A DNA stretch of 64,000 bases from an uncultured Gemmatimonadaceae bacterium (GCA_963843845.1 CAWJMB010000002.1:3072001-3136000); one strand, 5' to 3'; shown: positions 51,919 through 63,120, counted from the stretch's first letter. The notes: generated by a model from the letters alone, not told the origin. Program-made: numbers and translations.

Positions 51919-53619
51919 TGGCGCTCTGGCTGGTCTACCTCCTCGCGCTCGGCGGGGTGTTCGCGACAGCGGCGGTGTGCCTCGAGCACGCGCTGCGACT
52001 CGCGCGGCGCCCGGCTCGCGTCGTCTGGGTGTGGGCGATCCTCGCGACGCTGCTCGCGCCTGCCGCCGCCCTGCTCGCGCCGCGCGCCTCCTCCGTCTCG
52101 ACCGCCGTACGGTCGAGCGACGCCGCCGCCGCCACGTCGCCGTCGTCGAATGGCCGGGCGTTCGCCGCGCTCCTCGCGCGCGCCACGGCGCGCGACGCCG
52201 CCGAGCCGCTCGCCGAGCGATGGCGCGCCTTCGACCGACCGCTGTCGGCCGCCGGCGTCGTCGCCGCGCTGCTCGGCGTCGCGTGGGTCGTCCGCTCGTC
52301 GCGCCGCTTGCGTCGCGCGGCACGGACGTGGGTGCCGGCGACGGTCGCTGGCGAGCGCGTGCTCGTCGCCTTCGATGCCGGCCCCGCGGCCGTCGGCGAC
52401 GGTGGCGGTCGCATCGTGCTGCCGAGGTGGGCACTCGCGCTCGGCGACGAGCGACTCGCCCTGATGCTCGCACACGAACGGTCGCACCTCGCGGCGCGCG
52501 ATCCGCAGTTGCTGCTCTGGGCGACGGCCGCGGTCGCGCTCATGCCGTGGCACCCGGCGCTCTGGTGGCAGCTGCGCCGGCTGCGCCTCGCCGTTGAGCT
52601 GGATTGCGACGAGCGCGTGCTGCGCCGCTTCCCCGATGTCCCCGCCTACGGCGCGCTGCTGCTCGACGTCGCGCGACGCACCCCGGTCACGACCCTCGGC
52701 CTCTCCGCCGCACTCAGCGCGCCGACGCCCGCCTCTTCACTCGAACGGAGAATTCGTTCCATGACCAGCCGCCCTCCCCGTCACGCCGACGCGCGCGCGC
52801 TCGCCCTCGCCGCGGTCGGCACGGCGCTCGCCGTCGCCGCGTGCGAGACGCCGCGTCCGACCGAGGCGCGTCCCGAGCGCCGCGTGCCGCTCGCGAGCCT
52901 GGCCGCCGTGGCGCCGGCGCCGGTGCCGGCGGACGGCGGCGCGGCGATCGAGCGCATCCGCGCGGCGCTCGCGAACGACCTGGAGCGGATGACGCGCAGC
53001 CGCGCGAACCGCGCGTTCATCGTCGCCCAGTCGGGGCAGGTGCAGACGATCGAGATCGGGCGGGCGGACGGCGGGTCCAGGGCGCCGCTCGAAGGGCGCG
53101 TCACGACCCACTACGACGCGAACGGCGTGGTCGCGCGCGTCGACGTGCCGAGCGGTGCGGGCGAGGTCGGCGACGGACGCGCTGTCGTCGCTCGACGCGG
53201 CGTCGATCGAGTCGGTCGAGGTCGTGAAGCTCGCGCCGGGGCGTCTCACGCCGGACAGCGTGAGCGTGATCTGGGTCGAGATGAAGCGGCCGGGCGCGAC
53301 ACGCGTGACGGCGCCGGGTCGCGCGGCCCGCGTCGACACGGCCGCGGCGCCGACGCGGACGGCGGCACCGACCGACCGGCCGGCCCGCGTCCGCGTGCGG
53401 GATGGGGCACAGCCGTCGGGCGACCCGATCCTCGTCGTCGACGGCGCGGTCGTCGACAGCGGAGTGACGATGCAGCAGGCGCTCGCCCGCATCCCGACCG
53501 ACAGCATCGACTCCGTCGAGGTGCTGAAGGGGGCGGCCGCCACGGGGCGATACGGCGAGAATGCTCGCCACGGCGTCGTCATCGTCACGACGAAGCGGCA
53601 GAAGGGCGCGTCGCGCTGA
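51915..53619 (+). CDS. M56 family (BlaR1-like) membrane metallopeptidase with C-terminal TonB-receptor plug-like motifs; apparent frameshift near 53160
   Basis: LAHERSH, WHPALWW, ELDCDERV, LERRI; then in the 53155 frame IESVEVVK and PILVVDG..IDSVEVLKGAAATGRYG..GVVIVTTK. Confidence 0.85.
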
Positions 53620-53638
53620 CCGCCCGTCGGTCGCCATC

Positions 53639-53667
53639 CGTCATTCCGGGCGGAGCGAGGAATGACA
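53639..53667. repeat. REP-like palindrome CGTCATTCC-GGGCGGAGCGA-GGAATGACA between convergent genes
   Basis: 8-bp stem GTCATTCC/GGAATGAC with a CGTC 5' tag; single copy in the window. Confidence 0.55.
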
Positions 53668-53681
53668 GTACGGACCCGTGC

Positions 53682-55764
53682 CTAACGCCGGGGCCACACG
53701 TTGTCCGACGGGTCGCGGTCCGGGAAGCGGCCCCCCGGGTCGAGCGTGATCCGCTCGATCGCCCGCCCGCCGAAGTCGAGCGTCGGCCGCGTACGTGCGG
53801 GCGCCGCGGAACCAGACGTCGACCGGCCACGTCACGATCGCCGTGCGCGCGTCGACCATCTTCGCGTTCGGCATCCCGCGAATCGGCGCGCCGCTCGCCG
53901 CGAACTCCACCTTCAGCACGACCGGCGACGGCATCTGGCCGTCCTGCCGCACCGTGACCGTCGTGCGCCCGCCGGCCGTCGCCACGTTCGCGATCGACCC
54001 GTCGACGCTCTCGGTCGTGAACAGCCAGTAGTTCCAGAACCAGCCCAGGTCGCGGCCCAGCGCGCTGTTCATGAAGAACACGTAGTCCCACGGCGACGGA
54101 TGCTTGAACATCCACGCCCTCCCCCACTCGCGGTGCGCGCGCTGTACCGCGCTGTCGCCGACGATGCCGCCGAGCATCGAGAGCATGAGCGGCGTCTTGC
54201 TGTAGGTCTTGAAGCCGTAGAACGCGGGCCCGCGTAGTTCGCGGTCCACATCATCGGCGGCTCGGCTTCGCTCCCGCTCGTGCGGCCGTACGACTGACCG
54301 AGCCCGTCGAACAGCGCCGCGCCGCCCGCGCGACCGCCGCGCCCCCCGCCCTGCGTCACGCCGCGCGCCTGCGAGCTCGAGTCGGAGAGGATGTTCATGT
54401 ACTGGTTGAACCCTTCGTCCATCCAGCCGTACCAGGTCTCGTTGTTGCTCACCATCATCGGCCACCACTGGTGCCCGGTCTCGTGGTCGGCGGCGCCCTG
54501 GTTCGAGTTGATGACCATCGGGTACTCCATGCCGGCGCTCGGCCCATCCTGCAGCGTGAACTGCGGGAACGGGTACGGCGACCAGAGCTTCGAGTAGAAC
54601 TCGAGCGCGTGGCGCGCGATCGGGCCGGCGTTCGCGTACAGGTTGGCGTGGCCCGGGAGGTAGACCATGTGGATCGGCACGGCCCTTGCCGGGGATCGTC
54701 GCGCGCGTCGCGCGCCACACGAAGTTCTTCGCCGTCGCCCAGGCGAAGTCGTTGACCATGTCGGCGACGAAGTGCCAGCGCAGCCGGTCGCCCCGGGCCG
54801 CGCGTCGCGCGCCCGGGCCCGACTCTCGTCGGCGCCGACGATCGTGGTCACCGAGTCGCTGCCGAGCACGTGCGGCCGAGCCGCTCGCGGGCCTTGCGCG
54901 GTGAGCACCTCCTGCGGGTTCTGCAGCACGCCGGTGCCGCTCACGATCCAGCCGGCCGGCACGTCGATCTGCACGTCGAAGCGGCCGAAGTTGTTGTAGA
55001 ACTCCGACGGGCCGAGGTAGAGCTCCGTGTCCCAGCCGCGCAGGTCGTCGTACACGGCGACGCGCGGGAACCACTGCGTCGGCTGGAACAGCGTGTCGGC
55101 CCAGCGCTGCGTCATGCGGTGGCCGCGCCCGGCCCGCCGGGCAGCTTGTGGTTCCACTCGATCTCGAGCGTCGCGGTGGTGCCGGGAGGGATCTTCGCCG
55201 GCGAGCTGCATGCGCGCCACGTCGTGCGCCCGTTCAGGCGGCGCGGCTCGGTCGTCGCCGTGCGCCAGCTGCGCCGTCGGCCGCCGCCTGCGCCGCGCGC
55301 GCCCTGCGCCGTCGACGGCCGGCCGCCTGCCGACGCGATGTCGCGCCGCGCGTCCGTCGACGCGTCATGCGCGTGATGACCATGCCGTCGGTGACCTCCG
55401 CCGGCACCCAGGTCGCCGACTGCGGCGTGTTGCCGAGGAAGAGGTTCGGGTCGAGGCGGAGGCCGATCTGCGGCAGCGAGTCGGGGCTCGCGTTGCGGAT
55501 CGTGACCGTCTCGCGCCCGGCGAGCCGCTGCGTCGACGGGTCGAGGCGCACGCTGATCGTGTAGTCGGTGCGCAGCTGCCAGTAGTTGCGCCCCGGGCGC
55601 CCGCTCGAGTCGCGCGTGCCGGCGGCGTAGGCGCGGCGGATCGCGTTCGTGATCGGGATGTCGCGGCGGACGGCGCGCTCGGGGAGCGGCGCGGTCTGCG
55701 CGGCGAGGCGGGACGTCGGCGGCGCCGCGAGCGCGACGCAGAGAAGCAGGAGACGACGGTTCAT
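53682..55764 (-). CDS. M1 family aminopeptidase, secreted; multiple apparent frameshifts
   Basis: [53 protein letters not shown]. Confidence 0.85.
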
Positions 55765-55819
55765 CGAGACCGGCGAGGGAGGGGGGAGGTGGCGCGAGCG
55801 CTCCCCGGTAAGTTGTCGC

Positions 55820-56593
55820 ATGCACCCGAACGATGTCGAGGCGCGCCCGGTCGCTCGTGCGCGCCGCCGAGCGGCTCGTCGTCTTCACCGGCGCCGGCGC
55901 GAGCGCCGAGTCGGGCGTGCCGACGTTCCGCGGCGACGGGTGGACTGTGGCGGGAGTTCCGCGCCGAGGAGCTGGCGACGCCCGAGGCGTTCGCGCGCGA
56001 CCCGCGCCTGGTATGGGAGTGGTACGGCTGGCGGCGAGAGCTCGTGACGCGGGTGCGCGCCGAACGCCGCGCACCGATCGATCGCCGCCTACGCCGCTGC
56101 GCACCCCGACTCGGCGGTCGTCACGCAGAACGTCGACGGACTGCACCAGCGCGCCGCGGCCGACGCGGGCGGCGAGACGGCCGCGCGCGCCGTGATCGCG
56201 CTCCACGGCACGCTCTTCGGCGCGCGCTGCACGCGCTGCGATCGACGCGCTCCGCACGACCGCGCCGGTCGACGCGTCGTCGCTCGATTCGCTGCCGCGC
56301 TGCGCGGCGTGCGGCGCGCTACTCCGCCCCGACGTCGTCTGGTTCGGCGAGGCGCTCGACGGCGACATGCTCGGGCGCGGCGTTCGACGCGGCCGCGGCG
56401 GGCGGACGTCTGTCTCGTCGTGGGCACGAGCGCGCTCGTGCAGCCGGCGGCGAGCGTCGTGACGATCGCCGCGCAGCGGCGGCGCGGCGGTGATCGAGAT
56501 GAACGCCGAGGCGACGCCGGTCTCGGCGCGGCGCCGACGTCTCGCTCCGCGGCCCCGCGGGCTAGCTGGTGCCCCGCGCTGCTCGACGGCTGA
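55820..56593 (+). CDS. cobB: NAD-dependent protein deacylase, Sir2/CobB family; multiple apparent frameshifts
   Basis: [71 protein letters not shown]. Confidence 0.82.
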
Positions 56594-56600
56594 CAGGTGC

Positions 56601-59348
56601 CTACCGTCCCGCCGGCTCATCGGCCGTCTCGCGCTGCAACAGCCGTTCGAACGCCGTCGCCGCGAGCGGGCGGTGGAACCCGAACCCCTGCGCGAGCCCG
56701 CAGCCGAGCGCGCGCAGCTGTTCCTGCTGAAGCTTCGTCTCGACCCCCTCGGCGATCGTCTCGAGGCCGAGCGCGTCGCCGAGGCCGATGACGGCGCGGG
56801 CGAGCGAGCTCTGGCTCTCCGCGCGGCCGAGCGTCGAGACGAACGCGCGGTCGATCTTCAGCACGTCGATCGGGAAACGCTGCAGGTAGGCGAGCGACGA
56901 GTAGCCGGTGCCGAAGTCGTCGACCGCGAGCCGGAGGCCCAGCGCTTTCAGCGCGTCGAACGTGTCGCGGATCTGCGAGCCGTCCTCGACGATCGCGCTC
57001 TCGGTGATCTCGAGCAGAAGGCGCGAGGCCGGGAGCCCCGATTGCTCCAGCGCGCGCACCACGTCGTCGACGAGCGACACCTCGGCGAGCTGGCGGCTCG
57101 ACACGTTCACGCTGACGTAGAACGTCGCCGGGGCATCGGCGGCGGCACACCACGCGGCAGCCTGGCGGCACGCCTCCTCCAGCACCCACCGCCCGATCGG
57201 CACGATGAGCCCCTTCTGTTCGGCGATCGGCACGAACTCGAGTGGGCTGACCCGGCCACGCTCGGGGTGCTGCCAGCGAAGCAGCGCCTCCGCTCCGCGC
57301 ACGGCGCCGTCGCGCAGCCCGACGATCGGTTGGTACTCGAGGAACAGCTCGCCGCGCGCGAGCGCGTTGTGCAGGTCCGCCTCGATCGCGAGCTGACGCG
57401 GCGCGTCGCCGGCCATCGTCTCCGAGAACACGACGAACCGCCCCTTGCCCGACCGCTTGGCGTGGTACATCGCGACGTCTGCCCGGCGCAGCAGCTCGTC
57501 GACGTCGCCGCGCCCGCCGAACCCCGCGAGCGCGATCCCGATCGTCGCCGGCACGTAGACCTCGCTGCCGTCGACGAGGAACGGCGCGCGCATCGCCGCG
57601 ACGATGCGCGTCGCCACCACCTCGGCCTCGCGGTCGATCTGCACGCCGGCGAGCAGCACCGCGAACTCGTCGCCGCCCAGGCGCGCGACCGTGTCGCAGC
57701 CTCGCGTCGCGCTCAGCATCCGGTCGGCCACGAGCTTGAGCAGGCGGTCGCCGGCCGCGTGGCCGAGCGAGTCGTTCACGAGCTTGAAGTCGTCGAGGTC
57801 GACGAACAGCACCGCGGGGCGCGGCGCGTCGTCCGCCGGCAGCTCCGCCGACTCGGCCAGCGCGGCGGCGACGCGCTCGTGGAAGCGCGTGCGGTTCACG
57901 AGGCCGGTGAGCGCGTCGTGGTAGGCGAGATACGCGAGCTGACTCTCGAGCGCCGTGCGTTCGGTGACGTCGCGCACGTTCAGCACGATGCCGCCGACCG
58001 CGGGCTCTGCCAGCAGGTCGCTGCCGACGACCTCGGCGTAGCGCGGCGCGCCGTTCGCGAGAGGGCGGAGGCGCCAGACGGCACGCGCCGAGCCGGCCTC
58101 GCGCACGGCGGCCAGGAAGGCGCCCACGTCGTCGCGCGCCTCGTCCGCCACGACGTCGACGAGCGCCCGCCCCTGCACGCCGCCCGCGTCGTCCGTGGCG
58201 AACAGCATGAGCGCCGACGGGCTCGAGAAGCGCACCTCGCCCTCGACGGCGACGACGAGCAGCGCGTCCGAGCTGTGGCGCACGAGCGCGCTCACGCGGT
58301 ACTCGCTCTCGCGAAGCGCGTGCTCGCGCGTGAGGCGGGCGTTCTCGCGCATGGCGTGCATCTGCCGCACGCTGACGAGCGCCGTGACGACCCCCGTGCC
58401 GACGAGCGCGCCGAGCAGATCGAGGTGATCGTTGTTGTGCGTGACGTGGCGGATCGCGACGATGAGCGTGAGGTACGAGACGACGACGGCGCCGTACGGC
58501 AGCAGCTCCTTCATGAAGTGGGTCGCGGTCGACTCCGGCCGCAGCGCCTCCCCGCCCCGCGCGATCCCGTCGCGGCGGTACGTGACGGCGGCCGCGGCGA
58601 CGGCGACGTAGGCGAGCAGCCACCCGACGTCGAGCAGCGTTCCCGCCTCGAACGTGTCGGCGCGCGACGCGGCGTCGTAGGCGAGGTCCGTGGCCCCTTG
58701 GACGACCATCGCCGCCGCGACCCAGAGCAGCGCGCGTCGCCCGCCGTGCAGCGGCTCGCGCCACAGCGCGGCGCAGGCGCCGAACAGCAGCACGACGTCC
58801 CACACCGGGTACGACGCGTTGACGACCGTCGTGAGCAGCGCCTCGTGCGAACGCGCCGCCTCGGAGATCGTCGGCGCGAGGACGAAGTACCAGACGAGCG
58901 TGCCGACGCCGAGCACGACGACCGACGAGTCGAGCCAGAAGCGCTGCCGCGACGTCGACCGCACCGTCGGGAGGGACAGCACCGACCAGAGTGCGAGCGG
59001 GTAGAACGCCGTGTTCGGCACGTCCGCGACCGACAGCGCCGGCTCGCCGAGCGCGGCCCACAGCAGGTCCGCGCCCATGAGCGTCGCGAAGGCGAACGCC
59101 ATGCGCCGCCACGCCCGCGCGCCCGCCGGGTCGACGTCGTGGCGGAGCGAGATGGCGAGCACGACGACGACGGCGCACCCCTGCAGCAGGAGTGCGAGGT
59201 TCTGCAGCAGGTCGACCGAGACCACGCCGCGCCACGGCCCGGCGAGGAGCGGCGCCATCGCCAGCGCCGCGACGCCGAGCGCCGCGACGACGGCGCCGTC
59301 CCAACCGAGCGACGCGCTCGCCGGACGCGGCGCGGGGGTGCCTAACAC
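56601..59348 (-). CDS. Multi-TM sensor-PAS-GGDEF-EAL protein
   Basis: About 9 hydrophobic N-terminal segments, PAS, RGCD I-site, GGDEF, EALLRW, DDFGTGYSSL, EGVE. Confidence 0.92.
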   Translation of the reverse strand: MLGTPAPRPASASLGWDGAVVAALGVAALAMAPLLAGPWRGVVSVDLLQNLALLLQGCAVVVVLAISLRHDVDPAGARAWRRMAFAFATLMGADLLWAALGEPALSVADVPNTAFYPLALWSVLSLPTVRSTSRQRFWLDSSVVVLGVGTLVWYFVLAPTISEAARSHEALLTTVVNASYPVWDVVLLFGACAALWREPLHGGRRALLWVAAAMVVQGATDLAYDAASRADTFEAGTLLDVGWLLAYVAVAAAAVTYRRDGIARGGEALRPESTATHFMKELLPYGAVVVSYLTLIVAIRHVTHNNDHLDLLGALVGTGVVTALVSVRQMHAMRENARLTREHALRESEYRVSALVRHSSDALLVVAVEGEVRFSSPSALMLFATDDAGGVQGRALVDVVADEARDDVGAFLAAVREAGSARAVWRLRPLANGAPRYAEVVGSDLLAEPAVGGIVLNVRDVTERTALESQLAYLAYHDALTGLVNRTRFHERVAAALAESAELPADDAPRPAVLFVDLDDFKLVNDSLGHAAGDRLLKLVADRMLSATRGCDTVARLGGDEFAVLLAGVQIDREAEVVATRIVAAMRAPFLVDGSEVYVPATIGIALAGFGGRGDVDELLRRADVAMYHAKRSGKGRFVVFSETMAGDAPRQLAIEADLHNALARGELFLEYQPIVGLRDGAVRGAEALLRWQHPERGRVSPLEFVPIAEQKGLIVPIGRWVLEEACRQAAAWCAAADAPATFYVSVNVSSRQLAEVSLVDDVVRALEQSGLPASRLLLEITESAIVEDGSQIRDTFDALKALGLRLAVDDFGTGYSSLAYLQRFPIDVLKIDRAFVSTLGRAESQSSLARAVIGLGDALGLETIAEGVETKLQQEQLRALGCGLAQGFGFHRPLAATAFERLLQRETADEPAGR

Positions 59349-59385
59349 ATGCGGGCTGGTGGCGGGACGGGCAGCCGGGCGCCGC

Positions 59386-60336
59386 TCAGCGGGCGACCGA
59401 GACGCGTGTCGTCGAGTCGGGGACGGCGGCGAGCACCGCGTGGCGGCGGCCGAGCGGCGCGCTCCACGAGAGCGTCGCGCCGAGCCAGACCTTTCCCTGG
59501 CGACTCACGTCGGGCGCCGTGACGCGCGCGTATGGGTCGCGCCCGACGACGTAGTGCACGGCGGGCGTCACGGACACGCCCCCCACTGCGACCTCGCTCC
59601 CCGCCGAGAGATCGACGTGCGTCACGCCGTCGCGCGCGAAGTACGCGGCGACTCTGTCGGCGTCGGCCGGCGCCGTCTGTCCCGCGCTCCACCCGAGCGC
59701 CGCGCCGAGCGCGAGCGGCAGCCGCCGCCGCGCGCCGAGCGGCAGCGCGACATCCCGCGACAGCGCCCCCTCGACGTACGCGCCGCCGACCGCGCCGACG
59801 TCGGCGTAGGCCGACAGCGTGGGCGCGACGCCGAGCACGCTCGGCCCGCTGGCGACGGCGTAGAGCTCAGAGGTGGTGTACACGGCCGCGAGGTCGCCGA
59901 CGTTGGGGTAGAGGTAACGCGTCACGCCGAGCGTGAGCGACGTCGCACCGCGGGTTCGTTCGACCTCGACCCACAGCTGGCTCGACGTCACGACCGGCCC
60001 GCGCGACCCGCCCAGCTCGCTGATATCGTTCGGACCGTCGTAGTGCCGCGGCTCCGCGTTCGCCCACGCCCCGAATGCGAGCGTCGTGCGCGCACGCAGG
60101 GGGACCGACAGCGACAGCTCCGGTTCGAGCACCGGCCGGTTGGTCGACGTGAGCCCGCGCCAGACGTACGCGCTGTGCACGCCGAGGTCCGAGGTGAGCG
60201 TGACCTGCCGCGGTGCGTCCTGGGCGGCAGCGCCAGGCGGAAGCGCGATGGCGGCGAGCGTGGCGGCGAGCGTGGCGGCGAGCGTGGCAGCGCGGGCGAG
60301 GCGGCGGTGGGCCGCGCGGGAACGTGGGAGGGTCAT
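59386..60336 (-). CDS. Putative outer-membrane beta-barrel (TorF/Gcw_chp-like)
   Basis: Signal peptide with AATL repeats; SAYVWRG near the N-terminus; YLYP; alternating beta-strand pattern. Confidence 0.6.
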   Translation of the reverse strand: MTLPRSRAAHRRLARAATLAATLAATLAAIALPPGAAAQDAPRQVTLTSDLGVHSAYVWRGLTSTNRPVLEPELSLSVPLRARTTLAFGAWANAEPRHYDGPNDISELGGSRGPVVTSSQLWVEVERTRGATSLTLGVTRYLYPNVGDLAAVYTTSELYAVASGPSVLGVAPTLSAYADVGAVGGAYVEGALSRDVALPLGARRRLPLALGAALGWSAGQTAPADADRVAAYFARDGVTHVDLSAGSEVAVGGVSVTPAVHYVVGRDPYARVTAPDVSRQGKVWLGATLSWSAPLGRRHAVLAAVPDSTTRVSVAR

Positions 60337-60625
60337 GGCCCGAAGCATCGTCCGCCCGCCGATCGGCCTTGAGCGCCGTCGCGCGGCGGCCACACCGGCG
60401 GGCCGTCGACCGTCAGACGGCCGTCACACCGCCGTCACCGCCTGGCCGTCGTCCGTCGACATCCGATCCGCGCGCCTAGGTCAGCGAGCGCCTGACCGCC
60501 GCGTGGGGCACGGATGTGGCCGCCTTCCCAGTGTCGGACGCCTCGCGGGTCGCCTCGACCCGCCTCCCCGCTGCCCGTGCACTCGACGTTCATCAGGCGC
60601 ACCCGACGGACGCCGCGGCCTCACC

Positions 60626-61582
60626 TCATCTCAGCTTGCCTAACGCGTCGCGCGCGGCACCGAGCTTCGGGTCCAGCGTCACGGCGGTCTGGTATTCGGC
60701 CCGCGCGGCGTCCTTCTGGCCACGGCGCTCGGCGATCATCCCGAGGCGGTAGTGCGCGGCCGCGGGCTGCGGTTCGGTCGTCTTCGGGGTGGACGCGAGG
60801 TAGGTCCGCAGCGCCCGCTCGCCACGATCGAGCTGACGGCCGGACTCCGCCGCGAGCCGCCCCACGGCGTAGTGCGCGACCGGCCACGCCGGCAGCGCCT
60901 TCTGCATCCGTTCGATCGTCGCGAACGCCGCGTCCCACTGTCCGAGCTGCCCGCCCTGCGCGTAGGCGAGCGCGAGCCACACGGCTCCGCTGTCCGGGAA
61001 CTGCCGCGTCAGCCGCTCGTACTCGGCGGCCGCCTGCGACCAGTTCTTCTCGCGCCCGGCGAGCGTCGCGGCGAGCGCCCCGCCGCGGTACGCGTCGAGG
61101 CGGCGGATCTCCTCGACCTGCGCCCGCGCCTTGTCCTTGCTCCCGCCCATGATCCCCGGCGCCTGCACGTAGTACTCGAACAACCCCTCGCGGGCGTCGA
61201 CGTAGCTCGGATCGAGCTGCACGGCGCGGTCGAACTCGCGCTTCGTCTTCCGCGCGAGCGAGGGCTGCGACAGCACGTTCGCGCGCTGCGCCTGCGCGCC
61301 GTACGCGCGGCCGAGGAAGAAGTGCGCGACGGCGCTCGCGTCGTCCGCCTTCACGGCGCGCTCGAACGCCGACGCGGCCTCCTTGTACTTCTCGCCTGCC
61401 ATGAGCAGACAGCCGGCGAAGAACGCTCCGCGCCCGTCGGTCGCCTGCGCGAACGGCATGACGGTCGCCCGCGCCTCCGGGTGGCGCGAGTCGTCGACGC
61501 GCTCGCACAGCGTGCCGTCGGTGCGAGTCTGGGCGGCGAGTGCGGCGGGAGCGAGCAGTGCGGTGAGGAGCAGTCTGCGCAT
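60626..61582 (-). CDS. Secreted tetratricopeptide repeat protein
   Basis: Signal peptide; AHFFLGRAYG, FDRAVQLDP, APGIMGGSKDKA, AHYRLG..YQTAVTLDP. Confidence 0.85.
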   Translation of the reverse strand: MRRLLLTALLAPAALAAQTRTDGTLCERVDDSRHPEARATVMPFAQATDGRGAFFAGCLLMAGEKYKEAASAFERAVKADDASAVAHFFLGRAYGAQAQRANVLSQPSLARKTKREFDRAVQLDPSYVDAREGLFEYYVQAPGIMGGSKDKARAQVEEIRRLDAYRGGALAATLAGREKNWSQAAAEYERLTRQFPDSGAVWLALAYAQGGQLGQWDAAFATIERMQKALPAWPVAHYAVGRLAAESGRQLDRGERALRTYLASTPKTTEPQPAAAHYRLGMIAERRGQKDAARAEYQTAVTLDPKLGAARDALGKLR

Positions 61583-61665
61583 CGGGCGGGGGAGCGGAGG
61601 AGGGAGCGGAACGGACTGAGCTGATACACGCCGACGCCTGGAAAGACGGCGCCGCGTCGCCGTCG

Positions 61666-62682
61666 TCACTCCCACTCTTCGGATCGCCCCTCGACGAGCT
61701 CCGCGCGCAGCTTCACATAGCTCTCGTAGCGCGCCGCGCTCACGGTGCCGGACGCGACGGAGGCCCGCACCGCGCAGTCGGGTTCCGCGAGATGCGCACA
61801 GTCGGCGAAGCGGCACGCACCGATGAACGCCCGGAACTCCGGGAAGCACGAGTCGAGGGATTCGACCGGCAGCCCCCACAACCCGATCTCGCGCAGCCCC
61901 GGCGTGTCGACGACGAAGCCGCCGAGGTGGCCGTCGGCGGTGGGAAGCGGGTGGAGGAGGGCGCCGACCGTCGTGTGCCGCCCCTTGTTGACGCTGTCGC
62001 TGACCGCGCCGACGCGGAGGTCGAGTCCCGGGTAGAGCGCGTTCATGAGCGACGACTTGCCGACGCCCGACGGGCCGCTGAGCGCGGACGTTCGCTCGTC
62101 GAGTGCGGCGTGCAGCACGTCGAGCCCGTGCCGCTGCTGCACGCTCGTCGCGTGCAGCGGGTAGCCGGCGCGCTCGTAGTCGGCGAATCGCTCGCGTACG
62201 ACGCGCTCGCCGGCCGCCGCGTCGCCGTCGCCGACCAGCTCGACCTTGTTGATGACGACACGCGCCGCGAGCTCGTTCGCCTCGGCGACGACGAGGAAGC
62301 GGTCGAGCATGCGCGGGTGCGGCTCCGGGCGCGCGGCGGCGAACACCACGACGATCTGGTCGACGTTCGCGACGACGACCCGCTCGCCGAAGCCGCCGCC
62401 GGGCGTGCGCCGCGCGAGCTGCGAGTGGCGCGGCAGGATCTCGGCGATCGCCCAGACGCCGCTGTCCCGCAGGTCGGCCTCGAGACGCACGCGATCGCCG
62501 ACCGCGAGCTTCACGACGCGCGCGTCCGCCGCTACCGTGTCGCGCCGCATCGAGCCGTCGGAGCGGCGCCCCTCGTCGCTCTTCTTCAGCCGCCCGCGCA
62601 GCGACGCGGCGATCGTCTCGCCGCCGTCGGCGCGCACCTGCCACACGCCGCCGGTGCCGCCCAGCACGACACCGTCACGCAT
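61666..62682 (-). CDS. rsgA: Ribosome small subunit-dependent GTPase A
   Basis: AVGDRV, ANVDQ, NKVEL (G4 variant), GPSGVGKSSL, KGRHTT, DTPG, CRFADCAHLAEPDC zinc finger. Confidence 0.95.
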   Translation of the reverse strand: MRDGVVLGGTGGVWQVRADGGETIAASLRGRLKKSDEGRRSDGSMRRDTVAADARVVKLAVGDRVRLEADLRDSGVWAIAEILPRHSQLARRTPGGGFGERVVVANVDQIVVVFAAARPEPHPRMLDRFLVVAEANELAARVVINKVELVGDGDAAAGERVVRERFADYERAGYPLHATSVQQRHGLDVLHAALDERTSALSGPSGVGKSSLMNALYPGLDLRVGAVSDSVNKGRHTTVGALLHPLPTADGHLGGFVVDTPGLREIGLWGLPVESLDSCFPEFRAFIGACRFADCAHLAEPDCAVRASVASGTVSAARYESYVKLRAELVEGRSEEWE

Positions 62683-63070
62683 GGGCGTCGGACTCGTCGC
62701 GCATCACGTCCCACCAGCGGCGCGTGGTCGGCCGGGTCTGGCGCACGAGCGTGTCGAGCGTCGCCTTCACCGTGGCGAGCGGCATCCGGCCCAGCGCCGT
62801 CAGCACGGCCGCCTCGCTCACACCGCGCACGATGAACGGCGACTCGACGTGCCCCTCGACACCCTGGTCGCCGACGCGCCGCCAGCGCAGGAAGAGCAGG
62901 TAGCCGCCCCACGGCGACGCCGCATCCCCCGTCTCGTCCGCGCACAGCTCGACGCTGTACGACAGCCCGTCAGGTCCCTCGAACGCGGCCGGACGCGCGT
63001 GCACGGCCGCATACCCACCGATCGTCGTCTCGTCGCCCAACGAGTGGTCCGGCGGACGATGCGCGCCCAC
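62675..63070 (-). CDS. Hypothetical protein
   Basis: Typical codon use (HARPAAFEGPDGLSYSV, GYLLFLRW); 8-nt overlap with the rsgA start. Confidence 0.7.
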   Translation of the reverse strand: MGAHRPPDHSLGDETTIGGYAAVHARPAAFEGPDGLSYSVELCADETGDAASPWGGYLLFLRWRRVGDQGVEGHVESPFIVRGVSEAAVLTALGRMPLATVKATLDTLVRQTRPTTRRWWDVMRDESDAHA

Positions 63071-63120
63071 TCAGCACATCCGGGATTCGGTCACGCCGAC
63101 AGCGGGCACAGCGACACCGC

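Noticed and set aside
55820..56593. Sir2-type anti-phage defence gene
   Set aside because: Compact CobB-like deacylase with a zinc finger; no HerA, Argonaute or TIR partner
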